Positions 39,821 through 51,800 of a stretch of 64,000 bases of DNA are shown piece by piece. Every line of letters begins with the position of its first letter. The first letter of the stretch is position 1. Under the pieces are notes generated by a model. That model saw only the letters and a list, made by a program, of their open reading frames with translations. It was not told the origin of the DNA and did not search any database. A program made the position numbers and the translations under genes. Origin of the DNA: Phoronis australis (Eukaryota; Animalia; Phoronida); the NCBI GenBank assembly GCA_002633005.1, contig NMRA01000613.1, positions 124,001-188,000 of the forward strand, in the 5' to 3' direction.

Positions 39821-42800
39821 CTGCTGCTACTGCTGCTGCTACTGTTGCTCTGTTTTGGCGGTCTCCAGATATGACTCAGTCTTGACTGAGTAAAGTTTGG
39901 TGGTTGGGGGTGCAGAACCACTTGATACAATTTATATACCTTTGGTAAATTCATTATCTGGATCACAACTTGAGTGACATATTCAAGGTTTCAGATGACT
40001 GGCCGTGACAGTAGCAACACTGATGGAAGTAAACACCTTGACTTACTGAGACTGCATGCTGATGATGGTCAGATTTATAATGCCATGTTTCTTAGATGTT
40101 CCATTAGACATCAAGTTGAGCACTCACTGATATGGTATGCTGAGCTGGTCGGTTAGGTTGCACAGCTATACTTTAAGTGTGCTCTGTAATGACTCGAGAG
40201 ATAACAAGTAATTAACCTCTACAACAAGACTGGGTCATCCGGAGAATTTTAAAATGTAGACTGTTACAATGGAGTTAATTTTATGGGAATGATGTTTTTG
40301 TGGAGAGTAACAAACGGAAATTTTGTGACATTAAAATCCAGTTTTGACCAAGTGAGGCACATTGGTTGTCTACACGCAGAATTTTCCATTTGAGATTATG
40401 TTTCATGCACCTCCATATCTTGAAGACTTCCTCTTGTTGCCTCGTTTTCATCCCTACCAGTCAGATAAACATATTTGGATAATCACCACGGAACACTTAT
40501 GTCAGCCTGCCCAATTTTATAACTTATCTTCCAAAATACCTGATAGTGTGGCCATGTTGCCAAACACCCTGATAAACTTGATTAAGTTGGGTTTGCATTG
40601 CTATTACTGTGGCAATGGCCGACTTGGTGTCTGATAGGTGCTCTGAATCCATTGACAGAGAGTGTTTGCTGATTCAGACTTTGTATAAAGTTGCTGCTAA
40701 TCACTATGATGGAGCAAAAAACAAAGAGGTGAGAAAGCTAATAACAGATATCAAAGGTCGGAGTGAGAAAGTAGCTTTGGCTGCAACGGATGTTGACGTG
40801 GGATTTATTTCTGTTACACGCCACACTCACACAGAGATGTTGAACACCGCATACTGAGTGTTCACTTACGATGCAAAGACTTTGTGAAGCTAATTTATGT
40901 AACTACTTCTACTTTTACTTCTGTGTTTTGTTTAATGTCTATTGTACTTTTACATTTGTTTTATGGATTCTTTGGTTATAAACTAGCATTGATATTGTGT
41001 TCCTTTCTAGGGTATTGTCAATCTTGGTACTGCAGACGTAAAGGTAGTTGAAGATGAACTCATCCAACAGGTATTATAATTTTTCCTGCTATTTAATTTG
41101 ATGTACATTGTTGATATATTATGAAGCTTTGTTTAACAATCAATTTTCTGGTTATTGTTGACCTTGAGTGATCCTTGACTAATCTAAACATATGTTGCAT
41201 TAACTGCCCCGAGGACACTGTAATTGTGTGATCTGTACTGTGCTTATTATATAAAGTTTAAGAAAAAAGTTCTGGCTATTTTAGTAACTAACAACTAATC
41301 ACGCTATGACCTACTGCCTTAACCCATATACATGATATGTGAATTATAGTCACTGAGCTTGCATTACAGTACCCTTCGTGTTAAATTCTAGGTCAAAACA
41401 TTTGATTTGCTATTGTTCCTCGCGTATACAAAGTCACCAAATTCATGCATATTTTACAGTTATCAAAGTTTCCAGCTGTCACTAAAGAGAGTCTATATTA
41501 CTTTCGACTAGAGGGCATTACCAGGTAAACTATTCTCTGTTAGATTTGAAAAACTGGCGCATCCTAAGAGAAGCACATTGCTTGTCTTATCATGCTCTCC
41601 ACTTAGGAGGCTTAGCGTAGCGCACATTGAGTGATTAGAAGTTGACAAAAGTTTCTACATTATTGATGTCTTTTTTAATGTCTTTTCGCTTTTTAATCTA
41701 CAGGGGTTCAATTTTTGTTTTAGTCATCTGTATTGCCTTAATGCTGGTCTGTACTCTTAGAATTCTTAATTAGTGATCAGCAGGCACTGTCTTGCAGTAT
41801 CTTGTGCCTATGCATTGATATTGACTGTAATAGTCTGCTCAATGTTTCTATTTCAGTTTCTTGGAAGCACTCGCCGAATTTTTCCAGGAAAGATNATGGT
41901 TGTGTACACGCAGAATTTTCCGTTTGAGATTATGTTTCATGCGCCTCCATATCTTGAAGAGACTTCCTCTTGTTGCCTCGTTTTCAACCCCACCAGTCAG
42001 ATAAACATATTTGGATAATCACCACTGGACACTTATGTCAGCCTGCCCAATTTTATGACTTATCTTCCAAAATAGCTGATAGTGTGGCCATGTTGCCAAA
42101 CACCCTGATAAACTTGATTAAGTTGGGATTGCATTGCTATAACTGTGGCAATGGCCGACTTGGTGTCTGATAGGTGCTCTGAATTCATTGACAGAGAGTG
42201 TTTGCTGATTCAGACTTTGTATAAAGTTTCTGCTAATCATTATGATGGAGCAAAAAACAAAGAGGTGAGAAAGCTAATCACTTATATCAAAGGTCGGAGT
42301 GAAAAAGTAGCTTTGGCTGCAACGGATGTTGACGTGGGATTTATTTCTGTTACACGTCACACTCACACAGAGATGTTGAACACCGCATACTGAGTGTTCA
42401 CTTGTGATGCAAAGACTTTGCGAAGCTTAATTTATGTAACTACTACTTTTACTTCTGTGTTTTGTTTAATGTCTGTTGTACTTTTATATTTGTTTTATGT
42501 ATTCTTTGGTTATAAACTAGCATTCATATTTCTTCCCTTTCTAGGGTATTGTCAATCTTGGTACTGCAGACGTAAAGGTAGTTGAAGATGAACTCATCCA
42601 ACAGGTATTATAATTTTTCCTGCTATTTAATTTGATGTACATTGTTGATATATTATGAAGCTTTGTTTAACAATCAGTTTTCTGGTTATTTTTGACCTTG
42701 AGTGATACTTGACTAATCTAAATATATGTTGTATTAACTGCCCCAAGGACACTGTAATTGTGTGAACTGTACTGTGCTTATTATATAAAGTTTAAGAAAA

Positions 42801-45800
42801 AAGTTCTGGTCATTTTAGTAACTAATAACTAATCACGCTATGACCTACTGCCTTAACCCATATACATGATATGTGAATTATAGTCACTGAGCTTGCATTA
42901 CAGTACCCTTCGTGTTAAATTCTAGGTCAAAACATTTGATTTGCTATTGTTCCTCGCGTATACAAAGTCACCAAATTCATGCATATTTTACAGTTGTCAA
43001 AGTTTCCAGCTGTCACTAAAGAGAGTCTATATTACTTTCGACTAGAGGGCGTTACCAGGTAAACTATTCTCTGTTAGATTTGAAAAACTGGCGCATCCTA
43101 AGAGAAGCACATTGCTTGTCTTAGCATGCTCTCCCCTTAGGAGGCTTAGCGTAGCGCACATTGAGTGATTAGAAGTTGACAAAAGTTTCTACATTATTGA
43201 TGTCTTTTTTAATGTCTTTTCGCTTTTTAATCTACAGGGGTTCAATTTTTGTTTTAGTCATCTGTATTGCCTTTATGCTGATCTGTACTCTTAGAATTCT
43301 TAATTAGTGATCAGCAGGCACTGTCTTGCAGTATCTTGTGCCTATGCATTGATATTGACTGTAATAGTCTGCTCAATGTTTCTATTTCAGTTTCTTGGAA
43401 GCACTCGCCGAATTTTTCCAGGAAAGATTTTACGCAGCAAAGCCGATTAACCCATTCCATGTAAGTAGAAAGTATACAAACTTTAACGTGACACAGGCTA
43501 AGTATATATGCAGGCATGCTATTGATTCAAGTATTTTGTAATAGATAAGGCCTTGCTTCTTCAACCAGTCCGTTCTAAATCAAATGTCGTCAGAATGATT
43601 ACGAAGTCTAGGATTGCGCATGAATGAAGTGTCCCGCACACTGCAGCAATGACAACAAATAACGACAAACAACAACTAAGATGGAGACGCTAATGAGCTG
43701 TGTAGCTCTTGCGCCTGTTATATTAAAGGTCGTGTGTGATGTCTTAGCTGAGAGGATTGAAACTTCGATTATTATCGGCGCATATTTCTTTGACATGATT
43801 TACGAAGGTGGCTGTTAAAGTTTTGCTGCAAAATAGAAAATGCAGCGCCACATTTGCAACCATGTTTCTCTGACTACCTTAGCTATGAACAGGCATACGA
43901 CTCATAATAAATCGGGTCCTTGATTAATAAGTGGAAGACTTTCATGATTGGCCGTACTTCTGATTTTATAGATATCTGTTTTGCCTGGTGCTTCAAGCTG
44001 CTTGGACTTCCTTGCCTATTGCCTTGCTGATGATGGAGGTATAATTTCTTTGCCAGCACAGTTCTCCTCTTACTCTCACAGCTTTAGTGGTTTGGAATCC
44101 CATATTTAGTGTGACTTTCTGAAAAGCGATGTGCTTATTCAAACTTTGCACTGATTTTATCAATGTCAGATGTAAACTGCTGGTGAAAAGATTTGTGAGG
44201 TGAACTCCCCTGGCCTTTTCTGATTTGATATGAAGCTGTGTACATAAATCTTAGAACACGATCAAAAGCGCACTCACTCTGTATCAAGACTTCTGTTTTG
44301 AATCTATCCATGCATGTCACTGGGTTTTGATTTTGGCCATAAGTAGTAGGGCGATCTAGGGATTTTTTATGGCATGAAGCTACTCCTAGAGATGAGCCAA
44401 CCCATTTCAGGTCAAGTGTTAAGTGCAGTCTTCTGCTGATTGGGGCTCTCGGTCTCAAGACAGCTTTGATTATTGTGTACATAAACAAGCACTAGCTCAT
44501 GGCCTCTCTTGCAAACCCAGCATGCATGTTGCCATGGTAATGACCTATACGGTGAAGCTCTCCACATTCATATCAAATGCATATGGGTTCGCAAGGGACA
44601 TTTCATAACATTGTTTAGGGACTTACTAGACAAATCTTCCAATTTGGCTCACTTCGGAACACCATTTCTCAAAAATGGTCAATCAAATTCTTATGAAAAG
44701 TTCAGATAGTCTGACTTTTTTAAAGTGATCTCTTTTGCAGGAAGGGCTTTCAAAATGGGGCGTTTATGGTTTTCTTAAAACAAAAATGAAGTGTTAATTT
44801 AGAAAATTGTAACAGTGTCTTGAACATTCCTGTCTAATCTTATTTGGTCATGTCATTACTGTCCATGATTGTACGGGCTTTCTGCTTTCAGAAATTATAT
44901 ACTTTTGTCTTTAAATTCTATAGACTTGTGAATATTGAAGTAAATGAGTTGTTGACAAGATCCCACTCAATCTTCAGAAGCAAAGATCCTCATCGTAGTC
45001 TTACCATAACCTTTTTGATTAAGAGTTTAACTTTGAGAGTGCACCTTTAATAATTGAGTTTTGATGACCTCGACTGTGGATTGTTGTAGATTGTTTCCTG
45101 TGCCCATATCCATACTACTCCCGCATCAGCAATGACATGCAAGACAAATCTAAAGTGATTACCTATGGAATATCATTAACAAGCAAGGTAGGTGTTAGCT
45201 ATGTTTTATTGTTGTTAGTCGATATCACGGTTTTCCTCGTAGCACTAATTACCTAGGTCACGCCGCAAATTTCGAACTCAAAAAAATCATGTTAGCAGTG
45301 ATGAATGTTTCTTTTGAATTAATCCCTTAGCTTCATTCAGGTCTCGGTGTCACCACTTGTAATTTGGAGCGCCAAGTCACTGCCTTAAAGACCATAAACA
45401 AAGGGTTCCATTCCAAATCATAATTGAACCATGAGACAATGGTACTTTTTATAGTGGTTCTCAATTTTGATGTTAAGTTTTTATAGTCACTTGGTATTCT
45501 CTCGTCAGTTTCATTAAAATACCACTTGCTCCTCTGATTTTGTTCTTGGTCTGCGACATGTTTTTTCAACAGTTGAAAATTCTGCCCTCGTGTTTGACCA
45601 TAACATTCCGATGACGACTACTTATCGTCTTTCAGCATCTACAATAACCCATCTCATATACCACCTTGCTACTCTAATTCTGCAGTATTAAAAGTGTTAC
45701 GAAGAAGGAGTTCACTTGTATCTCTGGTGTCGTGCTCACTTGTCACATGGTTATGGTAAAATGTCAACAATTTAGAATGCAATATGGCTGACAAAAGTCA

Positions 45801-48800
45801 AGTGAAATTTTATTTCTTCCTTTTTTTCGTAAAAGATGAGTGGAACGGTACAAGTGCCATTTTAATTTTTAAAGATCTATACCAAACAATGGTTCCTCAG
45901 AAATTGTGAGCATTCAGAAAAATTATTCGAGTCCGTTGAAAACAAAAGAAAGCCAATTTTGGCGATTATTTGTGCCTGAAGTTTGAGACAATTTACTGTG
46001 CATGGTATTAGTTCATCCCTTATCATTCTAATGAAAATAATATTTTTGCTTGTATGTAGCGGATTTGCAATGCTAACGTGAAAATTATGACTAGGTGACT
46101 GAGGTGACAATAATTACTCTGTGCTTATCTCACTTAGCTCAAGAACATGTTAGTGGCCTATCAATCTTTAAGAACCAGAATTTGGGTAAATTGTGGAGAT
46201 GTAACTGGTATTTCTTTGTAAACTAATCACAATATTTACTGTTACAGGTATGGTTATGCTGTTAATATTATTTTGTTTCAGAATTTTCATTGAAATGGGT
46301 ATGTAGTTGTTCTCATTTCGCAAACTTTGACATAGCCTCCTTTCATGAAATACTTAACATAATAAAAGAATTTCTGACTTACACACTTTAGTTNTCGTTA
46401 GTTGATATCACGGTTTTCCTCGTAGCACTAATTACCTAGGTCACGCCGCAAATTTCGAACTCAAAAAAATCATGTTAGCAGTGATGAATATTTCTTTTGA
46501 ATCAATCCCTTAGCTTCATTCAGGTCTCGGTGTCACCACTTGTAATTTGGAGCGCCAAGTCACTGCCTTAAAGACCATAAACAAAGGGTTCCATTCCAAA
46601 TCATAATTGAACCATGAAACAATGGTACTTTTTATAGTGGATCTCAATTTTGATGATAAGTTTTTATATTCACTTGGTATTCTCTCGTCAGTTTCATTAA
46701 AATACCACTTGCTCCTCTGATTTTGTTCTTGGTCTGCGACATGTTTTTTCAACAGTTGAAAATTCTGCCCTCGTGTTAGACCATAACATTCCGATGACGA
46801 CTACTTATCGTCTTTCAGCATCTACAATAACACATCCCATGTACCACCTTGCTACTCTAATTCTGCAGTATTAAAAGTGTTACGAAGAAGGAGTTCACTT
46901 GTATCTCTGGTGTCGTGCTCACTTGTCACATGGTTATGGTAAAATGTCAACAATTTAATATGCAATATGGCTGACAAAAGTCAAGTGAAATTTTATTTCT
47001 TCCTTTTTTTCGTAAAAGATAAGTGGAACGGTACAAGTGCCATTTTAAGATCTATACCAAACAATGGTTCTCAGAAATTGTGAGCATTCAGAAAAATTAT
47101 TCGAGTCCGTTGAAAACAAAAGAAAGCCAATTTTGGCGATTATTTGTGCCTGAAGTTTGAGACAATTTACTGTGCATGGTATTAGTTCATCCCTTATCAT
47201 TCTAATGAAAATAATATTTTTGCTTGTATGTAGCGGATTTGCAATGCTAACGTGAAAATTATGACTAGGTGACTGAGGTGACAATAATTACTCTGTGCTT
47301 ATCTCACTTAGCTCAAGAACATGTTAGTGGCCTATCAATCTTTAAGAACCAATGGGTAAATTGTGGAGCTGTAACTGGTATTTCTTTGTAAACTAATCAC
47401 AATATTTACTGTTGTAAGTATGGTTATGCTGTTAATATTATTTTGTTTCAGAATTTTCATTGAAATGGGTATGTGGTTGTTCTCATTTCGCAAACATTGA
47501 CTTAGCCTCCTTTCATGAAATATTTAACATAATAAAAGAATTTCTGACTTACATACTTTAGTTAATACATTGGTTTTCAGAGCCTAAAATGTGATAATGA
47601 TCCTGGCGGAGCCGGGGTCATTATCACATTTTAGGGTATAAAAACCAACGTATTGACCTCAATGAAAGTCAATTATTTTATATTTTGTATCTCCTTAAAA
47701 GATGAGAGGTTTAGTTGGGATCCATTGAATCCTCCTACATGGGCAGCGCACCATAGGGGCTGAGGGGTTACAGTCCCCCACTTATTTCAGTGCTGCGCCA
47801 CCCATGGTCTATAGGCGGTGCACCACAAGGGGGGTTTTGCCCAACTTTTTTCAGTGCGCCTCCCATGTCCTGGCCAGTACAGAGTATCTCTTGTCAGTAG
47901 TTATCTCTGTTATAGATGGAAGAAGGTGACACAATGCCATTCCAACTGACAGTGAAGAAGGTGGAAAAGGCTTTCAATGAAGCCAAGGCAAAGGTAGATT
48001 TTGGCACATACAATACACACCAAAAGCAGTCGGACAAAATGCCGTCATTCTCTGGCTTAATAGCTGGGAAGTCTGCATGGATATATGCTGTCACTCAGCA
48101 TGACTGGGAAAGTTAGCATGCCTGAGAAAGAATGACTGGAAGACTGGTGTCATTATGGGCCATCAGCCCATCAGTTTTGGTGCTAGCAGGATTTATAGAT
48201 GTCATGAAGGTCGAAACGGTTGTTTTCTGCTTACTTTTAGTGTGTATTTCATGATGTTGAGGCTAAGGATAAATTTAGAGCCGTAGAGTTCACTAAAATT
48301 TTGTTTAATGTGTGACACCCTGATGTCTGAAGTGCTGTTCACGCAAAGACCTACTCTAAACAAGTTACTGCTGCAAGACTTGTCGCTAGATTTGAGTGCT
48401 GTGTGGACGCTACTTAAATTTATTGCAACTTACCCCACTTGTGACAACTTACTCCACCATTTTGAGGTAGGATGACTTTTTCTAGAGTAAGTTGTGCCAC
48501 TTCTAATCACTGTGTATCTGCAAAACTGGGGCAAAGTAGAAGTAGTTATCAGCTTCTGTTACACGCGGATGGGTCTTCTTTTGTGCCCTGTGCAATATTC
48601 ATACCATCTGTTTGTGCACAGAGCGACAACTTCCACCTTGCGCTAGTAATTGAAAATTTGTGTGTGTTTGTGGACACTCCACTTAAAGTGGGGCAAGTTG
48701 CACTAGTGCAACGGGACAATCGGAGGATGACTCCAGGCGGTTGATATACAGCTGCTTTGCTGGCTGTCTGTTCTCCTTTTGCTGTACATACCATTAATAT

Positions 48801-51800
48801 GTGGAAGTATCAGATGAGTATTCATGATATTCTTTTTCAATTGTAATCTTGCTGTTGCTGAAAAGTAGCTTGCCAAATCTTTAACATTTTCCAAATAAAG
48901 TGTACGCCAGACAGTGATGATGTGCAGTTGTCATCCTGTGTTGGCCTTCATAAAATGGAGAGCAGCTGTCAGTTCTCTGATTATGTAATTGTGTACACAT
49001 TCTAAGTATTCAAGCATTTCAAACAATTATTGGCATTCACATGTCTTTTATATCTGTGAAGTGGCATGATTGCGCTATTTTTAAAAGAAAATAATAATAG
49101 TACTACTTTACAACCTTCAACTGTAACACAGAATACGGCATGCTTGATGTTTCTAAGTCTGCAATAGGCTTATAGGATCCTTTAGCTTTCTTGGTCATAG
49201 ACCATGTAACATGTTTTACATGATTTAAAGATGAATTTTCTCTCCCTCTTTCTCTTTCTGTCCCTGTTGCAGAAAATGAGTCAGTTAAAGTTTTCAAACC
49301 AAGACTGTTTGTTTCTTTCAGGGCCTTGTTGTGCGAGGCATTGTTCTGACTAATCCCAACAACCCATTATGTGTACTCTACTCCAAACAACTGCTCATGG
49401 ACATCCTGAATTTTGCCAAAAGGTAAGACTGTCTGATGGGCTTATATATTACTAACAATTACCTGTCTCACGCTGACTCTAGTTGGGTATGGGGTCTGCC
49501 ACTGGTCGATTTCCTATCTGCAGCTTTGAATTTCATTGACTTTTTGGATTAACTCATAAAAACCAGCTATCTTTGTGGAATGATATTAAGGGTTGTTGAT
49601 GTATTTGTTCTAATACTTGCCACCAGAAGTCTTCTAAATCGGTTTGCAAATAGGAATAATAGAGTTTGTTTTCAGAGACAGGTTAGAATGAAAGAAAATA
49701 ATTGCAAAGGTCCCCAGCACCAGATGGTTTCAATTTTAATAATAGTCTAAGACACAGGGTTATTGCAACAAATACCCTTTAGTCAAAATCCAGGTTCATG
49801 AATCCAATTTATGTTCGTTTTGTAATAAATTACCTGAAACACTGTCACACCTTTTCTGGGAATGCAGTTGTATATTTGGAAAGAGTTCAGAAAACGACTT
49901 CAAAATTGTCAGTTCTAGTTAAAAATTCCTTAAAATGGCTTTGGATCGTCATGTGTTTTCAGTCTGTAACCAGGCGCATGCCTAACTTCTTGGCTTAAAA
50001 GTTAATTGTCAGCTTATGGAAACCATTATCTTGCACACAAAACCCTGATATTGGAGTGCGAGGACTGGGAATCAATCTCCACATTTTAATAATTTATTCT
50101 AAACCTAGAGTTGTGGCCATCAAGTTTTACTTAAAACTCTGACGTTGACTGATTGCTTGTCATGCTTTGAGTAAGCTTTTCTGTCACACCATGTGATTGG
50201 TCAATTTTCAGTACAGTATCGAGTAAATTTCAATAGTCGTGGACCTTGAAAATTTCATCAAAATCCCATTCATAAGGTTTTGAAATACATTGATGACACA
50301 CATTTAAAAGCAAAAAAGTACGTTATATTTTTCAAAGTCTTATTTGTGGGTAAGGGTACAATATACAGTCTGTAATAGTCGGATGTAAGGTGCCTGCATT
50401 TTGAGAATAAGTTCCCTTCACTTAATAACTGCCATCAAGCTGGTTCTCAAAATGTAGCCACATTATGAAAAGTCACTGTTGGCTCGGGTGAGGACCAGGC
50501 TTGAGAGTAATGTGATCGGATATCAGAATTGAAATCTTTTTGATTTCACAACAAATAATTTAATAGTGAATGATTCTACTGACAAACTGCCATCTTGGTC
50601 ACTGTTGCTGTGTTCTGCGTATGTTCTGGCCACAAGGTGGCACTTCAGTCAGGCTTGCCATGATAGATGAGGTATTGAGGTGATGTTTGGCACGCCCAAT
50701 GCACAACATTAACTTGGTCACATGTTTGGTCAATTATCACATTTATCAATGAAGCAAGATTAAATTCTAGTGTTCTGTCTTTGCAGCAACTCAAAACAGA
50801 ATTGGATATCATGAGCTTGAAAAAGTAATAATTGTGAATGTGAACTAGTCGATGAAAGGTTGGCCCCTATGATTGATCTATTTGCGGGCATGGCTGTGAT
50901 GTATGCATGCGTGTGTGTACAAAAAAGTTACTAAAACCTCATGGGGAATCACCGAACTTTGGTAGCAAAACATTTTGGCTCATTTTCAAATGATTTGGAT
51001 GACAATTTTTGTCTTGTTGTCACTGAGATGAATTTTAGCAAAATTATTGTTTTTCAAAAACTACATCCATTAATTATGGTGTAAGCGTGTATCTATATTC
51101 AGACTGCTCTCAATTCATTTCAGACACAAACTTCATGTGATATCTGACGAGGTATACGCCCTCTCTCTCTTCAACACCAATGAGAAATTCACAAGCATTC
51201 TTAGCCTTGAAAGCATTCCTGACCCTGACCGTACACATATGATCTGGGCTTTCAGCAAGGTCAGTCTCTTTCGTTAGTTGGTAGCTTCTACATGTGAATT
51301 GCATTGTTTTATCACATTTGTTTTGGGCCAAATTATGAGTACGAACTTAAAAATCAGCACATATTATGCAAACAAAGACATTGTATCTTTTGATGTGTAC
51401 CTGTGCAGACTGTTTTGCTCCTCGTCGAATAATACAATGTCTTTGTTTACATATTACGAACTGATTTTGAAGACCGTACATTGTTTTAGTATTGTTCGAC
51501 TAATGCGTAAAACATAATTATGGCATTTCTTTGCTTATTTAGCACATTAAATTGAATGACATATGATGTTCTATTTTAATTGTTAAATTTCTCCACACTG
51601 GTGAAGATTTACAATATTTTAGTGTATTACAAGCATGGCTGATGTGTGTTACAGATGATTTATAATAACATTTGTTTAAATTTCCATTGTTTGCAAACAT
51701 GTAGTCAGCCTTTTAAAATGGAAAAATGACCCATTTTGCTATTATTTTTGTGCGAAACAAGTGGAAATTAACTCTACGGTATACAGTGTTCTAATTTGTT

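Noticed and set aside
39680-39966. Poly-Leu and poly-Ser ORFs
   Set aside because: Translation of an intronic CTG microsatellite.
40362-42393. ORF pairs repeated twice (MVVYTQNF.., MAMADLVSDRC..), and likewise MKKHVADQ.. / MSPQSPSH.. at 45-47 kb
   Set aside because: They recur only because of the duplications. Small frameshifting indels between copies in some pairs and the lack of recognisable motifs argue against coding.
44528-44541. RFX X-box-like GTTGCCATGGTAAT in an ACCS intron
   Set aside because: An isolated motif in repeat-like intronic sequence, far from any TSS.
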